Assembly: GCF_001194135.2 (NCBI RefSeq) | Contig: NC_068993.1 | Coordinates: forward strand, 52,908,998-52,972,997 | Source: Octopus bimaculoides | Lineage: Eukaryota | Length of the DNA: 64,000 nucleotides | Direction: 5' to 3' | In this document: positions 24,460 to 37,599 of the stretch, in pieces | How the letters are laid out: each line of letters opens with the position of its first letter | How positions within the stretch are numbered: position 1 is the first letter of the stretch | The notes under the pieces: generated by a model | What the model was told of the DNA's origin: nothing | What the model saw: only the letters and a program-made list of their open reading frames with translations | Databases searched by the model: none | Program-made: the position numbers and the translations under genes

Positions 24460-27109
24460 CTACAAACAAACAAGGAAAAGTCATTCTTAGAAATTGTTTA
24501 TTTAATTCCTCATATTAGCCTGGACTGTGTAAGTTGTATATGGTGCTGCAAACTTAGGAAATTTTATCAAACCAAACCAAACTGTCAAATATGCAGAGCA
24601 AATGAGGGAGCTACTACATAGTTGCTTAACCTGTTACAAGCAACAGCTAAACTCCTTCAAATAACACCACTATAGACTTGATCCTTTAGCAGCCAAACAG
24701 GCCATATCTGGCTTCTCACACCATCCCTACAATGTCAATCTAAACATAAACAATCACATAATCAAAATTACAAACTTATGAGATAATACATGATTAATTT
24801 GAAACAATGTGGATAAATAAGCATTATAGTTAATGGATTACTATGAATGCTAAAGGGTTAAAAGAAAGGGCTCGTTAGACCAAGTAGTCCTAGAAGCCCC
24901 ACCAAAAAAAGGAGACAGGCAAGGCTGGATTTCTTTTGAAAGCTAAACAATAACATCAACAGCAGCATGAAGATTATGCTGCACACACATTTTCAATACA
25001 TTCCAACTACTCAAATTTTGTGTAAGTTTAAGTGGATTTAGTTAATTCTGACATTGATATATAGGGTAGATGGAAACATAGACCAATGAAGAAAGTTTAA
25101 TGCAAAACCGGTCTTACGCAAAAAGAATCCTAAAATATTACAGAATGTTAGACAAGAGTCAAGGAATTTCTATTAAGGAAAAAATATAGAGAGATATTAG
25201 AAAGATGTATCACATGGCTTTAATTGGCTTTGTTCTGTTAGTACTATAAAGATAAAATCAACTGAAAAAAAAAATGTTTTACTTCAGAGAGAAGTTGTGG
25301 AAGAGGGTGACCCAAGAAAACATGGGACAAAGTATTGAAGGCCAATCTCAAAATGCTGACCCTTACTAAGATGACAGAGGGCCAAGATATGTGGTGCATT
25401 GCTGTACCCAAGAAGACCCACCCACCACAACAGAATTGATATCTGAAAACCAATGTGCCATATAAAAAGCCTTGGCATGGGTGCTGATGCCACATAAAGA
25501 GCACTCAGCACATTCTGTAAAGTGGTTGGCATTAGGAAGGGCATCCAGCTGTAGAAACCAAGCCAAAATGGACTATGGAACCTAGTGCAGCCCTTGGCCT
25601 TGCTAGTCCCTATCAAGCCATCTGACCCATGCCAGTATGGAAAACAGACATTAAATGTTGACGACGATGACAATGACAATACTCCCAAAAGTGTGTTTAT
25701 GTGTAGTGGGAACAGCATAGCACAGTGAATCATATAGGATTTGGAATAAGAGATGTTGGAAATACCAACATTAGTCAGCTTAGAGGAGATATGCAGCTTG
25801 AAGAATGACTTCACTATTTAGGTAGCTAAAGTGATATCCTGAATCTGTGGAGCAAAACAAGCTATGACCCATGAAACTAGACTTACTCTGCTCTTTTACC
25901 CATGACTAATACATGACTCATAACATCACACTCTTTGCTGTTTTACCAAGACAGGCATGGCTGTATGGTTAAGAAATTGGCTTCCCAGTCATGTGGTTTC
26001 AGGTTCAGTCTCACTGTGCAGCACCTTGGGCAGTCTTATACTATAGCCCCAGGCTGACCAAAGTCTTTGCAACTGGATTTTGTAGATGGAAAGAATACAT
26101 ATATTGAGTTCTACACCAGAACATTAGTATCGCAATAACAAAATATATATATATATATGGTGGTAGGAAGGGCATCCAGCTGTAGAAACTTTGCCAGATA
26201 AGATTGGAGCCTGATGCAGCCTTCTGGCTTGCCAGCCCTCAATTAAACCGTCCAATCCATGCCAGCATGAAAAGCGGATGTTAAACGATGACGATGATGA
26301 TATATATAAACACACACATGTGTATGCACTCATGTTTAACATCATGTGATGTTTGTAAACAAGTGTCACTGTCATAAAAGCAGCGTTGTTCATTTTCAGT
26401 CTTCCATGAAACAGGTGAAGGTTTGGTGACAGGAAGAGCACCTGGCCTAAGAAAATCTGCTTCAACAAATTCCACCTGACCCATGCAAGTATGGGAAAGA
26501 GGACATTAAAACAACGATAATGATGATGATGATGATGATGACCCCCAACATCATATTCTTCACAAGTACTGCTAGACCTCTGAATTTCTAATGTATGGAT
26601 TATTATCTCTACACAGCCACTGGAGAACAAAAGCTGAGTTTCTTATCCAAGGCAAAAATATATTTCCACTATAAACAGCTGTCACCACTATTATCATATA
26701 TTACCATATGTGAAGGCATAAAAGCTGCATGAGTGTATGAGACACATCACAATTTTTTATTAAAGCAAAAAATTTTTTCGTGTAAAAGCTTATAGGAAGG
26801 CTCAACTTCACACATAAGACCCAGAATGATCTTTTGAGACATTAAAAATAAAATGCATCTTATATGCCAAATATTTTTCACTTAGATGAAGTAGAAAAGA
26901 AATTAATTATTTTACAAATAAAGTTTTTTTTTTTTAATTTTTTTAATTTTTATTAATGATGGTATTAGAGAAAATAACAAAGGCAGAGCCAGATTTAGCA
27001 AATTTTCATTTTTATATTCAGAACCCTCATTACAACTAATAAAGACTTAGTCTTCAGTCTGTCATAATCTTTAGGATTGGTAAGGCCAGAGCTAAACCTA
27101 TTTTCCATG

Positions 27110-27330
27110 GCATATAAATGACTGAAATTACAACACTACCTCTTGGATAGGATGATAGTCCATCACAGGGTTAACTTCCTGGCTATTGTCTTGAACTCAT
27201 TTACAGCTAACTGGACTGGAGCATCATGAAATGAAGTGTTTTGCTCAAGAACACAACCGAGTCTGGGATTTGAAACCATGATCTTACTATCATGAATGCA
27301 ATACTCTAACCACTAGGTCACATGCCTTCA
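27110..27330 (-). mobile_element. tRNA-derived SINE family D (other copies ~7652-7800 +, ~51040-51210 -)
   Basis: Head gtgaaggcatgtgacctagtggttagagt...ggtttcaaatccc, then core cttgagcaaaacacttcatttca...ctccagtcca...gctgtaaatgag. Confidence 0.7.
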
Positions 27331-27895
27331 CTAACTGATAAAGAGAGGAAGGAAATAAGCAGAGAAGTGATTTTGCCAAAGAGATCCCCTAACTTCAAAC
27401 ACCAGTTGCAATATTTATCCATACCCACCCTAGGAACAGCATGTATTATTAAACTATTTCATAACTACATGCCATCTAACAGTCACAGGGGAAATTATGT
27501 AGTTAAATTAACATTCCAGACATATTTGGAAGAAGAGAGGTAGAAACATAATTCAGAGTAAATTATAATACTTTTTCATTTGCTTTTTTTTTTGCTTTTT
27601 TCCATCCAATTTTTCCATGCTAGCATAGGTTAAATGAATAAAGTATCGTAGCATAGTTTTACTGCCAGACACCCTTCCTAGCCCTCACTTATTTTTTTAA
27701 GTAAGAGAAGCTCTTACTTCAAAGGTGCAAAACTGATGGACAATTTGTCGATGGGGAAAAATGATAACAATATACCACTTGTAGCTGGGCAATTATCAGA
27801 GAGGTGAAAATGTAAACAAACATACAGACACACACATATTTGGGATTAGGAAAGGCAATCCAGCAGTAGAACCCATGCCAAAGCAGATACTAGAG

Positions 27896-28202
27896 CAGGG
27901 CTGGCCAACTTGAGGCCCACAGGCCGCAGGCTTTTATCTTGCGGCCCACTTAATACTTTCTTGAAATGGGTTTATTTAAACAAACATTTTAAAATTTTAT
28001 CAAAAATAAAGATTGTAACGAAAAGTAAAATATTGTTTTTGCAACAATAATATTTCATGTTGAATAAACAATCATTCATTTATTATTGTAATAATAGCAT
28101 GAGAAAGCAAAATGCTTTCAATTCTGTCAGTATACAAGCAGCCCTCAAAATACTTTCTGTAATTAAAGTGGCCCACAATGTAATTCGAGTTAGCCAGGCC
28201 TG
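27896..28202. mobile_element. hAT (Charlie-like) MITE
   Basis: Imperfect TIRs CAGGGCTGGCCAACT...AGTTAGCCAGGCCTG and subterminal GGCCCAC/GCGGCCC motifs. The 8-bp TSD is not cleanly preserved. Confidence 0.6.
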
Positions 28203-28390
28203 GTTCAGGGCTCTAGCAGAACATACTTGCCCAAAGAGCCATGCAGTGGGATTGAACTTGAAACCTTGTGGTTTAGAAGCGATCTTAAGTACACAGCCAA
28301 ACCATTATGTACTAAATGACCTAAACAAACCTTAACTCTCTCCTTCACTTCCCTCCAAATAGAAAAGACAATAATGAAAGCAATAGTCAC

Positions 28391-28492
28391 CTTAGCAACA
28401 GCTAATCTCTCCATTTTCAGTCTGAGAGGAGCATGAATCCCTTGAATTTTTCGAAGATTTGCAAAGTCCATTGCTTCATTCTTTCCTGCATA
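28391..28492 (-). CDS. POMP: POMP exon 4 (102 nt; YAGKNEAMDFANLRKIQGIHAPLRLKMERLAVAK)
   Basis: Acceptor tttctcttttcaag, donor AAG|gtgact. Lies inside ORF-track entry 28205..28651. Contains the conserved LRxIQGxxAPLxLxME motif. Confidence 0.96.
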
Positions 28493-28823
28493 CTTGAAAA
28501 GAGAAATTTTAATAAAATAATCAATTATGTAAATAAATAAACAAAAATTTTTAAAAAAATAAAATAAAACATACAATAAAATTAAACAAAAAAGCAATTT
28601 CTGGTTTGGGTATTTAACAGATATTAAAGTGAGAATGTGCCATAAATTCATGATGAGAGATATCCATTATATAAAAGCAGAACAAGGAAGTTTAGTATTT
28701 TATCTTATGGTCAGTTTCTCTCTAATTCTCTATCTATAAGTAGCACTTAACATTTATCATTTTTTTAATATCATTATCATCACTGGCTTATATATCTTAC
28801 AGCTAAGAAGAAATAAATCTTAC

Positions 28824-28884
28824 ATGTTTCTCAGACAACTCCAGAGGATGAGATGCAACCAGCTTACTTTGTGCCTGCTGCAAA
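28824..28884 (-). CDS. POMP: POMP exon 3 (61 nt; LQQAQSKLVASHPLELSEKH)
   Basis: Acceptor cttgtttccaatttcag, donor CAT|gtaaga. Starts in phase 2 and ends in phase 0. Contains HPLELSEK. Confidence 0.96.
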
Positions 28885-29039
28885 CTGAAATTGGAAACAA
28901 GAAGTATAGTGAGTGATATTAAGAGATATTTATTAGAACAACTAATCAAGCAGACATCAGAGTATGTAATTAAATATGTCTTCAATATGTAACATTGGTT
29001 TCAGATACTAATAATAGTAATGAAATACTTTTTAGGTAA

Positions 29040-29530
29040 AGGAATGATTGTGTGGTGAAGAAGCTTGCTTTGCAACCATGTTGTTCCAGGTTCAGTCCCC
29101 GTGTGTGGCACTTTGGGCAAGAGTCTTCTACTACAGCACTGGACCAACCAATGACTTGTGAGTGAATTTCATAGATGGAAATTGTATGGAAGTCTATTGT
29201 GTGTGTGTGTGTGTGTGTGCGTGTGTGTGTGTGTGTGTGTGTATGTGCATGCATGTGTGTGCATGCAAACATTTCTGTATTTGTCTCTCAATTCTTGACA
29301 ACCAGTATTGGTTTGTTTGCATCCCTGTTACTTGACAGTTTGGTTGATAAAAAAAGACAGAATAAGTATGTTACCATCGCTACCACTGCCGCGACCACCA
29401 CCACCACTCTCATCATCATCATTTGAATAAGTAGCAGACTTAAAAAGTGAACACTCGTTGAGGAGGAGCTGACCTGTAACTAAACTCTTTTAAGACAGTG
29501 CCTTAGTATGGCCACAGTCCAGTTAATGAA
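29040..29530 (+). mobile_element. SINE family A copy in POMP intron 2
   Basis: Same head, (TG)n linker and tail. Confidence 0.8.
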
Positions 29531-29937
29531 ACTGGTAAAAGAATAAAAGAGCAGCTACATAAACTAATGTACTGTTCATGGATGAAAGCACCCACTACAT
29601 CCACTCAATCAAGACTGTAACTCACCTCAGAACTAAGTTCCCAATCATGAACAGTTTATATTGTACTCTCTATAACTGTTTTTTTACTACCGAGTACAAT
29701 GACCTCTATACCTCCAAATATGACTTCATGCCAATTAAACCAACCCTGTGCTCCAAATTTTCCTTCTTTCATTACAGTCCCACAACACTTGTTGAAACTC
29801 CAACTGCTAATATTACAAATTCCACATTAACTAACTCCACTTAATTATCTCTACTCATACATGGAAAACAATTATGAACTCCACCCTTATTACTCAAGAT
29901 TAAAAACAATATTTAATCAAGGAAAAATAAATGCTTA

Positions 29938-29972
<35 letters not shown>

Positions 29973-30324
29973 CACCAATCTTTCCCCTTTTTCCTGGTTG
30001 GCCATACATGTTGTGTGTATGTGTGTGTATCATCATCATTTAACATCCACTCTTCCATGTTTGCATGGGTCAGACAGAATTTGTCGAAGTACATTTTCTA
30101 CAGCTGCATGTCCTTTCTCTCACAAACCTTTGCTTGTTTCCAAGATCACAATTAATTCCCCATGGCCAGACATGATTTTCTGGGAAGATTGAAAATGAAC
30201 AACGTCACTTATATATTGATGACACTTGTTTACACACACACACACACACACATATACACATTATTAATAATTGGCAGAAGTTACAGAGTAACTCAAGGCC
30301 CATGAGTTTTGGGCATTGACACTT

Positions 30325-30430
30325 TTATTATTATTATTATTAGTGTTCAGGTCACTGCTTGGAATCGAACTCGGAATCTTGGGGTTAGTAGCCCGCGCTC
30401 TTAACCACTAAGCCATATGCCCGTGGGCAT
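30325..30430 (-). mobile_element. Young short SINE with a tRNA-Arg-like head and (TAA)n tail
   Basis: Minus strand GGGCATATGGCTTAGTGGTTAAGAGCGCGGGCTACTAACCCCAAGATTCCGAGTTCGATTCC has A and B boxes. AAGATTCC..GTTCGA.TCC matches tRNA-Arg(ACG) as recalled. The T and acceptor stems do not pair. Confidence 0.75.
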
Positions 30431-31041
30431 ATATATATAGACATGTTTTGAGTTCTATTTTCCTGTTTGCATCACCTCACCACACACACACATACATTTT
30501 ATATACACAACAGACTTCTTTCAGCTTCTGTCTACCAAATCCACTTACAAGGCATTGGTTAGCTCAGGTCCAAGGCTATAGTAGATGACATTCATCCAAG
30601 GTGTCACACAATGGAACTGAACCCAAAACGACATGGTCGGGAAGCAAGCTTCTTAATTGCACTTATGGAAAAGCTATTTTGTGGACCTATGTCAATGACC
30701 AGGTCGCAGTCTGTGACAAAAATTTTGCAACCTTAAGATATATAAACTCAAAGTGAATTTATGAGTTTTTGAGAGTTCTTCAAATGACTAAAATGGTCCT
30801 TCCACTACATATTTCTTTCAGTTTCAACTCTGTTTCATATCAAGTCATTTACTAGAGATGCCTAACTCCACAACTTTACATAATATCAAAAGACAAGCTG
30901 AAGAAATAAAATATTTGTAAATTAGAATACTTGTACTACAAAAAGAAACATAGGTTACTTGTTAATTATTATAGTGGAAATACTGTTTAAGAGAAATGGT
31001 ACAGAAATTCAGAATGTAACAATAGTTCTCAGTGTACTTAC

Positions 31042-31145
31042 CCAGTGATCATAACATCATGGAATCCATATTCTCCACTGGTCGGCAGAGTTATATCTTG
31101 CTGTTTCGCAAAACATGTATTTTTCTTATCTAATGATGCAAAATT
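31042..31145 (-). CDS. POMP: POMP exon 2 (104 nt; NFASLDKKNTCFAKQQDITLPTSGEYGFHDVMITG)
   Basis: Acceptor tttttatttccccacag, donor GG|gtaagt. Only one frame is open. SGEYGFHDVMITG aligns to human SGPFESHDLLRKG. Confidence 0.93.
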
Positions 31146-31981
31146 CTGTGGGGAAATAAAAATAATAGTGCCAGTGAGTGGTAATAAGAGTACAGAGAGA
31201 TAGGTTATGGTTAGAAAGTATGATGGATAAAGGTTTGAAAATGATGAGCTTCACAAATAACACAGGATCACGACAAACCATTCACTTTAAAAACTAGACA
31301 TGGTGGTAGTGGAAACGATAACAACGATGGCGATGATGATGATGATGAAGAATACTGTTTCTTTTTAGGGAAAGCACTAAGGTAAAAAGATCACAAAGAA
31401 AACAACACACAGGAGTCTCATATGAGGGAATCTGAAAACTAATCATTACCTTTGAAAACTAATCACGAACTCATTAATATACTCATAGTGAAACTAAATG
31501 GAATTTTCAACTGAGCCTCATATTGAAATGTAGTGTTGTTTTTGTTGTTGCAGTTTAATCTCGAATCAACTCTGATGAAATGCATTACCAGCTGGGACCA
31601 CTCAATCTTTTTTGGACACCAGGGACTACTTTGTTTAATGTACCCTTTGTTATTTAAGACAAAACATTAGGTTTTGAAAGAAATTCAGCTGTTATTTCTA
31701 GCAGATTGAGTGACTGCATAGATGCTCCCTTGCTGATTCAGAAATGAAATGTCTTACATAGAATAGCATGAAGCCTTTGAGTGAGATACACGAATACATT
31801 AAGGATATCAAATACATGACTTGTCATATCACTGTTGAAATAAATAAAAAATGATCTAGGCTATTACTAGTAACAAAAATAATTTCAACAATCTTCTTCT
31901 AATTATTAGTAATTATACATTAAAAGTTCAACTATGGAATTATTAAAAATCAGCATACAACTTTTAAGGAAGTATGAACAT

Positions 31982-32212
31982 TTAACCCTTTTGATGCCAA
32001 CCTTACTGAGACTACTCCCAATTCTATAATACTCACATGTTGTTTTAAAGTAATCTAAATTAAAACCATCTGTCAAAATTTCATGTAAATTTAAATTCCA
32101 AACACCAGCTTAACAATGACAAAAATATTTTACTAAACTCTTCATTAGTTTCTAGATTTTCTAGAAACAAAGGTGGCTTATTTCAACAGAAATATGGTAA
32201 CAGCAGGGTTAA
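31982..32212. mobile_element. TTAA-flanked MITE family 2; other copies 34649-34848, 52623-52807, ~17395-17580, split copy 8021-9051
   Basis: ttaacccttttgat-ccaac...aagtgatctaaattaaaacc...caacagaaatatggtaaca-aagggttaa. Confidence 0.75.
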
Positions 32213-33039
32213 AGGTCAATGGATAATTCCTAATTTTAACACAAAATCAGCAATTTTGAGGGGAGAGGAAATCAATTAAATTAACTCATACTTTATTTTA
32301 ATCAACTCTTGAAGGGTGAAAGGCAATGGTGATCATAGCTGGATTTGAATGCAGAATGCTAAGAGCTAGAACAAACATTACAAGATATTTTGTCTGATAG
32401 AATGCTGCCAACCTATTGCATTGATTTAAAGGCTATTTCTAGCAGAGGACTGAAATCTGGAGGATACAACTAACCAAATTTTTGGCTTAGAAGATAAATT
32501 ACCATAGGGATAACAGTGTAATATGTTTTGGCTTCTTTTTAAAAAAAGAGATTGCAACCTCGATGTTGGACCAAACTTAATTTTGTCAACTCCAACTGGA
32601 TGAAAAGCAAACTTGACTATGACAAGATTTGAACCCATAATGTAAAGAACCATAACTAAATACCACAATGCTTCAACAATTCTGTCAATCCACAGTTTTA
32701 ATTTAATGACTAATCTAACAAACCTCAAACTTCTAAACCAGTCACTTTTGATATCTAACTTCACCTAGTAACAAAAATTTCTAAAAGCTAGGTAGAAGAC
32801 TAAACTACTTAAAAAGAGAAGGGAGAAGGGATATAGTCAATATAAAGAAGCTGTATTATCTGATTACTATTGCATTAATTAGAATGTTTAAAGAATGGAA
32901 ATTGTCATCCAACTACATTAACTTACAATAATTCAAACATCACATCAACCACACTAATTACATCAATCTTGTCAAACAATCTCACCCACCATGACTACAC
33001 TGATATAAATATATTTTTACATCAAGCATTAATGTGATG

Positions 33040-33412
33040 AAGTGTCCCAACTAAGTTAAAAACAAGGTTAGCACAAGTGCTCATTTGGTCAATAGACATT
33101 TATGGTTGTGAAGCATGGACTCTGAACAAACTTGAAGAGAAGATAATCAATGCATTTGAAATGTGGAGGTATAGGAGAATGTTGTGCATCTCTTACAGGC
33201 ATCATTGGACAAATGAATGAGTGTTACAACAAGTAGGTGAAAGATGATAACTCCTGAATATTGTAAGACAAAAGCTCTTTTTATCATGGGCAGTAGATGA
33301 AGAAGCAGGCAAAGAACACAATGAATGGACAAGAATGGTAAGGCAGCTGGAAAACTTTCGTTGTAGTATCATCAATGTGCTGCAGGCAAACAATACATGA
33401 TGATGATGATGA
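33040..33412 (+). mobile_element. Decayed RTE LINE 3' fragment (second subfamily)
   Basis: KLKTRLAQVLIWSIDIYGCEAWTLNKLEEKIINAFEMWRYRRML, followed by a (GAT)n tail. Confidence 0.85.
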
Positions 33413-34859
33413 CAATTAATATGACATAGAGATAAAATATTGAATTTCCTGTATTCCCAAAAGAACGAGGAAGCTTATTTGATTTACTGAAGACAGGACG
33501 TGAAAGGAGTAATGTTTATATCTTTCAAGATTTAAATAGTACTATAAATAAGTAGTATACATGACCATCTGATGTGAAATAAGTAGCACAGTGAGTGCAC
33601 CATTAATTGTTGGACTATTGGGCTGTAGAGGCACCACTGAAATGTGTATCTAGGAGAGGTCAACTTGATGAAAACTGGACTTTTTGCAAGTTATAAAATT
33701 TTTTTTTTTAAACTTGCACTCCATACTACAAGTTAATGAAAAACTTCTTTCAATTAAGTAGTGCTCATATTGCTTAGAACAGCAAAATGTACCTTCCAAC
33801 ATAACCTATTCAGAGCCAGGTACACTAAGCTAGCAAGGCCAAGAGTCAGGTCCTTCCAGCTGGCACACTGACACTGTTGTTGTAATCAGAGCAACATAAA
33901 GGCTTAAACAAAGCTGTTTTCTATCAGTAAGTAGCTCACTGCTTTGTTTATCTGGTCAGTCTTAGCACTTCTATAAATAGTGCAGAACAAGATATGTATG
34001 GAAGAGTTGAATTGCTTGCTTGTGTGGTTGTTTATATAGACACATTTGGATACGTGAGCTGCATAACAATTCATTAAAAATCTAGTCACACATTTACATG
34101 CACATCCAATGATAACACTAATACAGTGTGTAAAGATGGCAATAGTGCCTACTGTGTTAGAATAAATTTAACCTCTCAGATAAGTCAGATTTAAAAGGTG
34201 AAAGAATAGGAAGAGGTGTGTGTGTGTGTGTGCATGCATTAGGTAACCATAAAGAAGCAAGGAACAACATCAAGTAACTGGAAGAGAAGCTAGCAGTTAG
34301 ATATATTTAGCAAGGGGACATGCATAAAGTAAGAAGTTTGCACATTCTCTGCAATGTGAGGATCAGAAGAAAAGTGTTCTGGATATCAATATAAATCAGG
34401 AAGTTGGTGGCAAAAAAAACCACACACATATTGGAAGTGGTGCACATACCCTTACAAATAGCAAAATGAAACAGGAATGGAATTAGGATGCATGGGATTG
34501 CTACAATAAGAGGTTACTAATGAGGAAAATTCATGGGAGAGAGTAGGTGGACCAGTTGATCAAACTGAATGCTCATTGTCAAAACTGACCAAAAAAACAG
34601 GATTCACTTAAAGTATTAAAATAAACAGCTATATGGTTGAAATGGTCATTAACCTTTTTCATATTAAACTCCCTGAAACTGCATCTGATCCCGTGATACA
34701 AACTTCTTAAAGTAACCTAAAAAAATTAAAACCTTCCTCTAAACACTAAATAATGACAAAGTTATTTTACTAATTTCTTCATTATTTATGAAATTAATTA
34801 AAGCAAAAGCAGTATATTTCTACAGAAATATGGTGACAAAAAGGTTAAGGATTTGAAAG

Positions 34860-35530
34860 CAGGGACAACAGCTGGACCATCAGGAATAGTTGCCTAGATG
34901 TTGAAAATATTCAGCCAACTAAGATCTGCAATAGTTACTCTCATTGTCAATCATGTAGTACAGGAAGGAGTCATTCCCAATGACTAGTATAGCAATATCA
35001 TCATCAACTGCTACAAGGATAGAGGAAATGCTCAAGATATTTAACTGATGAATCAGGTTATGAAAGTAACAGAAAGAGTAGTTACAGCACAATTAATTAG
35101 GAAGAAAACCATCTTAGAAGAGAAGCAGTTCAGACTGGCACTAAAGCAGGTGTACCCATGCAATTCTTGGAAGGCTCCTTAGATGTAGTTCATAGCTTCT
35201 GTTACCTATGTTCTAGGAGCATAGTAACTAGAGTAAGATCAAGGTAGAAACATTTCAGAGTGCTAGTTCTTCTGTTGATTACAAAGAGATTCTTTCTCTG
35301 AATTAAGTGTAGATTATATGAAGTGTGTGTACGAACTGTAGGTGATGTGCAAAGGCTGGAAAGAAATGAGGCAAGCATGTTCCACTGAATGTGTAACGTT
35401 AGTGTGCAAGAATGACAAAGTACAAATAAGCTGAGAGAAAAACAGAAACAAGAGAATTCAGTTATAGTAAGAAAGGTGATTGCGTTAGTATGGACATGTG
35501 ATGCATGTGGCAGACAAGTTGGGTGAAGAA
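34860..35530 (+). mobile_element. Old, internally deleted RTE LINE remnant
   Basis: Discontinuous motifs AGPSGIVA, VIPND..IIINCYK, MNQVMKVTERV, LDVVHSFCY, RLYEVCVRT and QRLERNEASM, colinear with the RTE RT and C-terminus. Confidence 0.8.
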
Positions 35531-36659
35531 GTGATCTACATAGATCCATGATCCCTTTAGCATTTAAACTGGCCTTATCCAGCGCAATATTTTCTACCTG
35601 TTTTATGTTCAAAATGACCAGATCTGGCCTCTCACACCTACATAACAATGTCATTCAAAACATAAACGATCACACCATCAAAATCTCAAAACTCTGAGAT
35701 AATGCATGATTAATTCAAATCAATGTGAATGAATATGTATTACATTTGACAGAGTAATCTGAATGCGGAAGGGTTAAAGAAATGACAATGGGTTTTAACA
35801 AGTGATGAGACAATGTGTTAAGAAGACCGATACAATCCATGCAAGCATGAAGAAGAGAAGAGGGGGTGAAGGGGGAGGTTCTGATAAGCAAAATTATAAT
35901 TAGTTAGCTGTTCAATAAAGTGTTACGGAATAGGAGTGTTTTCATGATCAACTGTACAGGAAACATATTGACAAAGAGTGATATTACAGAAAAACAAACA
36001 AAACTATACTAATTATATCACAAATTAAGGAGTAGAACATTGGTATATTTCCTGCTAGAGCTAGATCATATCTTCCTTTCCTTATACAATATGCTTTGAC
36101 AGAGAGTAACGATAATAACAAGATTGTTTTGATTTGTTTTGTAACCAGTGAGACTAGTAAGTGTAAACTTCCTTAATGATTTTCAAGAACAATAAGTTAC
36201 AATAAATAAAATACAATAAACTAGGTTTCACATACCCTAAATGAAAAAAATTATTTATCTTTTCTGTGAGATTAAGAATCTAGATATGGTTACACAACAA
36301 TTGAGACAATAGAGACTATGACAGGGAAACAATAATGTTAAATTATATAAAAAAAAAAGGAAATTAAAAAATAACATCATCCTCATCTAATGTCCATTCT
36401 CCATGCTGGCATGGGTTGGACAGTTTGACTGGAGCTGGCAAGCCAGAGGGCTGCACCAGGCCCCAGTCATCTATTCTGGCATGGTCTCTCAATGGCTAGA
36501 TGCCCATCCTAACACCAACCACTTTACAGTGTACTGGGTGCTTTTATGTGGCACTGGTATGGTTGCTTTTTATGTGGCACCAACGTTGGTGCTTTTTACA
36601 CGGCACCAGTATGGGCTTGGCATCCCTTTTCTGACCATATTCCTGTTGAAATATACTGA

Positions 36660-37030
36660 AAATTATCATTTATCTTTTACCTTGTTTCGGTCATTAAAGT
36701 GCAGCCATGCTAGGGCACCACATTTGATAAATCTTCAGCCAAACTAATCGACCCCAGTACTCATTTTCTTTTTAAGCCGGGTACTTATTCTATCGGTCTC
36801 TTTAGCTGAACTGCTAAGTCACAAGGATATAAACACTCCAACACTGGTCAACAAGCAGTGGTGGGAGACAAACACAGACACAAAGACATACACACACACG
36901 TGACAGGCTTCTTTTAGTTTCTGCGAACCAAATCCATTCACAAGGCTTGGGTTGGCTCAAGGCTATAGTAGAAGACACTTGCTGAAGATGCTATGCAGTG
37001 GGACTAAACTTGAAACCATGTGGTAAGAAG
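36660..37030 (-). mobile_element. SINE family A copy (preceded by an RTE-tail fragment at ~36375-36620)
   Basis: Reverse complement of the family A consensus. Confidence 0.75.
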
Positions 37031-37566
37031 TGAAATAACTTTGTCATTATTCAAGAGTGGTGTTAGGCAGATTGGTATCAAAACAGATAGTTTGAAAAAA
37101 TTTCATCAATACTTTGATTAAGTTTTCCTATAAAGCTAAAAGTAATCTGTTAGAGCTTACCATTGAATTTAACTAGAAACTTGTATGAATAGATGTTTGC
37201 ATAAAGTCACTCATTTTTCATATTGACTAACATTGATGCAATGTACAAAAATAGCACCTACTGTTGAAACTTAGTCAAATATGTGTGTGTGTGTGCATGT
37301 GTGCACGCACACGCATGCGTAACCACCACCTACACACATAAATACAATCACATCCTTTAACAAAGATATTTTAGGTTGCACACACATTAATGTAGGACAC
37401 TGACATCCTCACTCCCTTTCCCGAATGAATTTCCTCCACTTATCCACATATTTTCAGAAGAAAAAAAAAAAAACTTCACAAAGTGCAATAATTGGTACTG
37501 CTTTTGATCCTTCCATAAGAAAAGAACAATTTTATGTCTCTGAAATCTAAAAAACAACCTTTCATG

Positions 37567-37599
<33 letters not shown>

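Noticed and set aside
30345-30425. Possible tRNA gene (loop CT-ACT-AA)
   Set aside because: The T-stem and acceptor stem cannot pair and a (TAA)n tail follows, so it is a SINE head.
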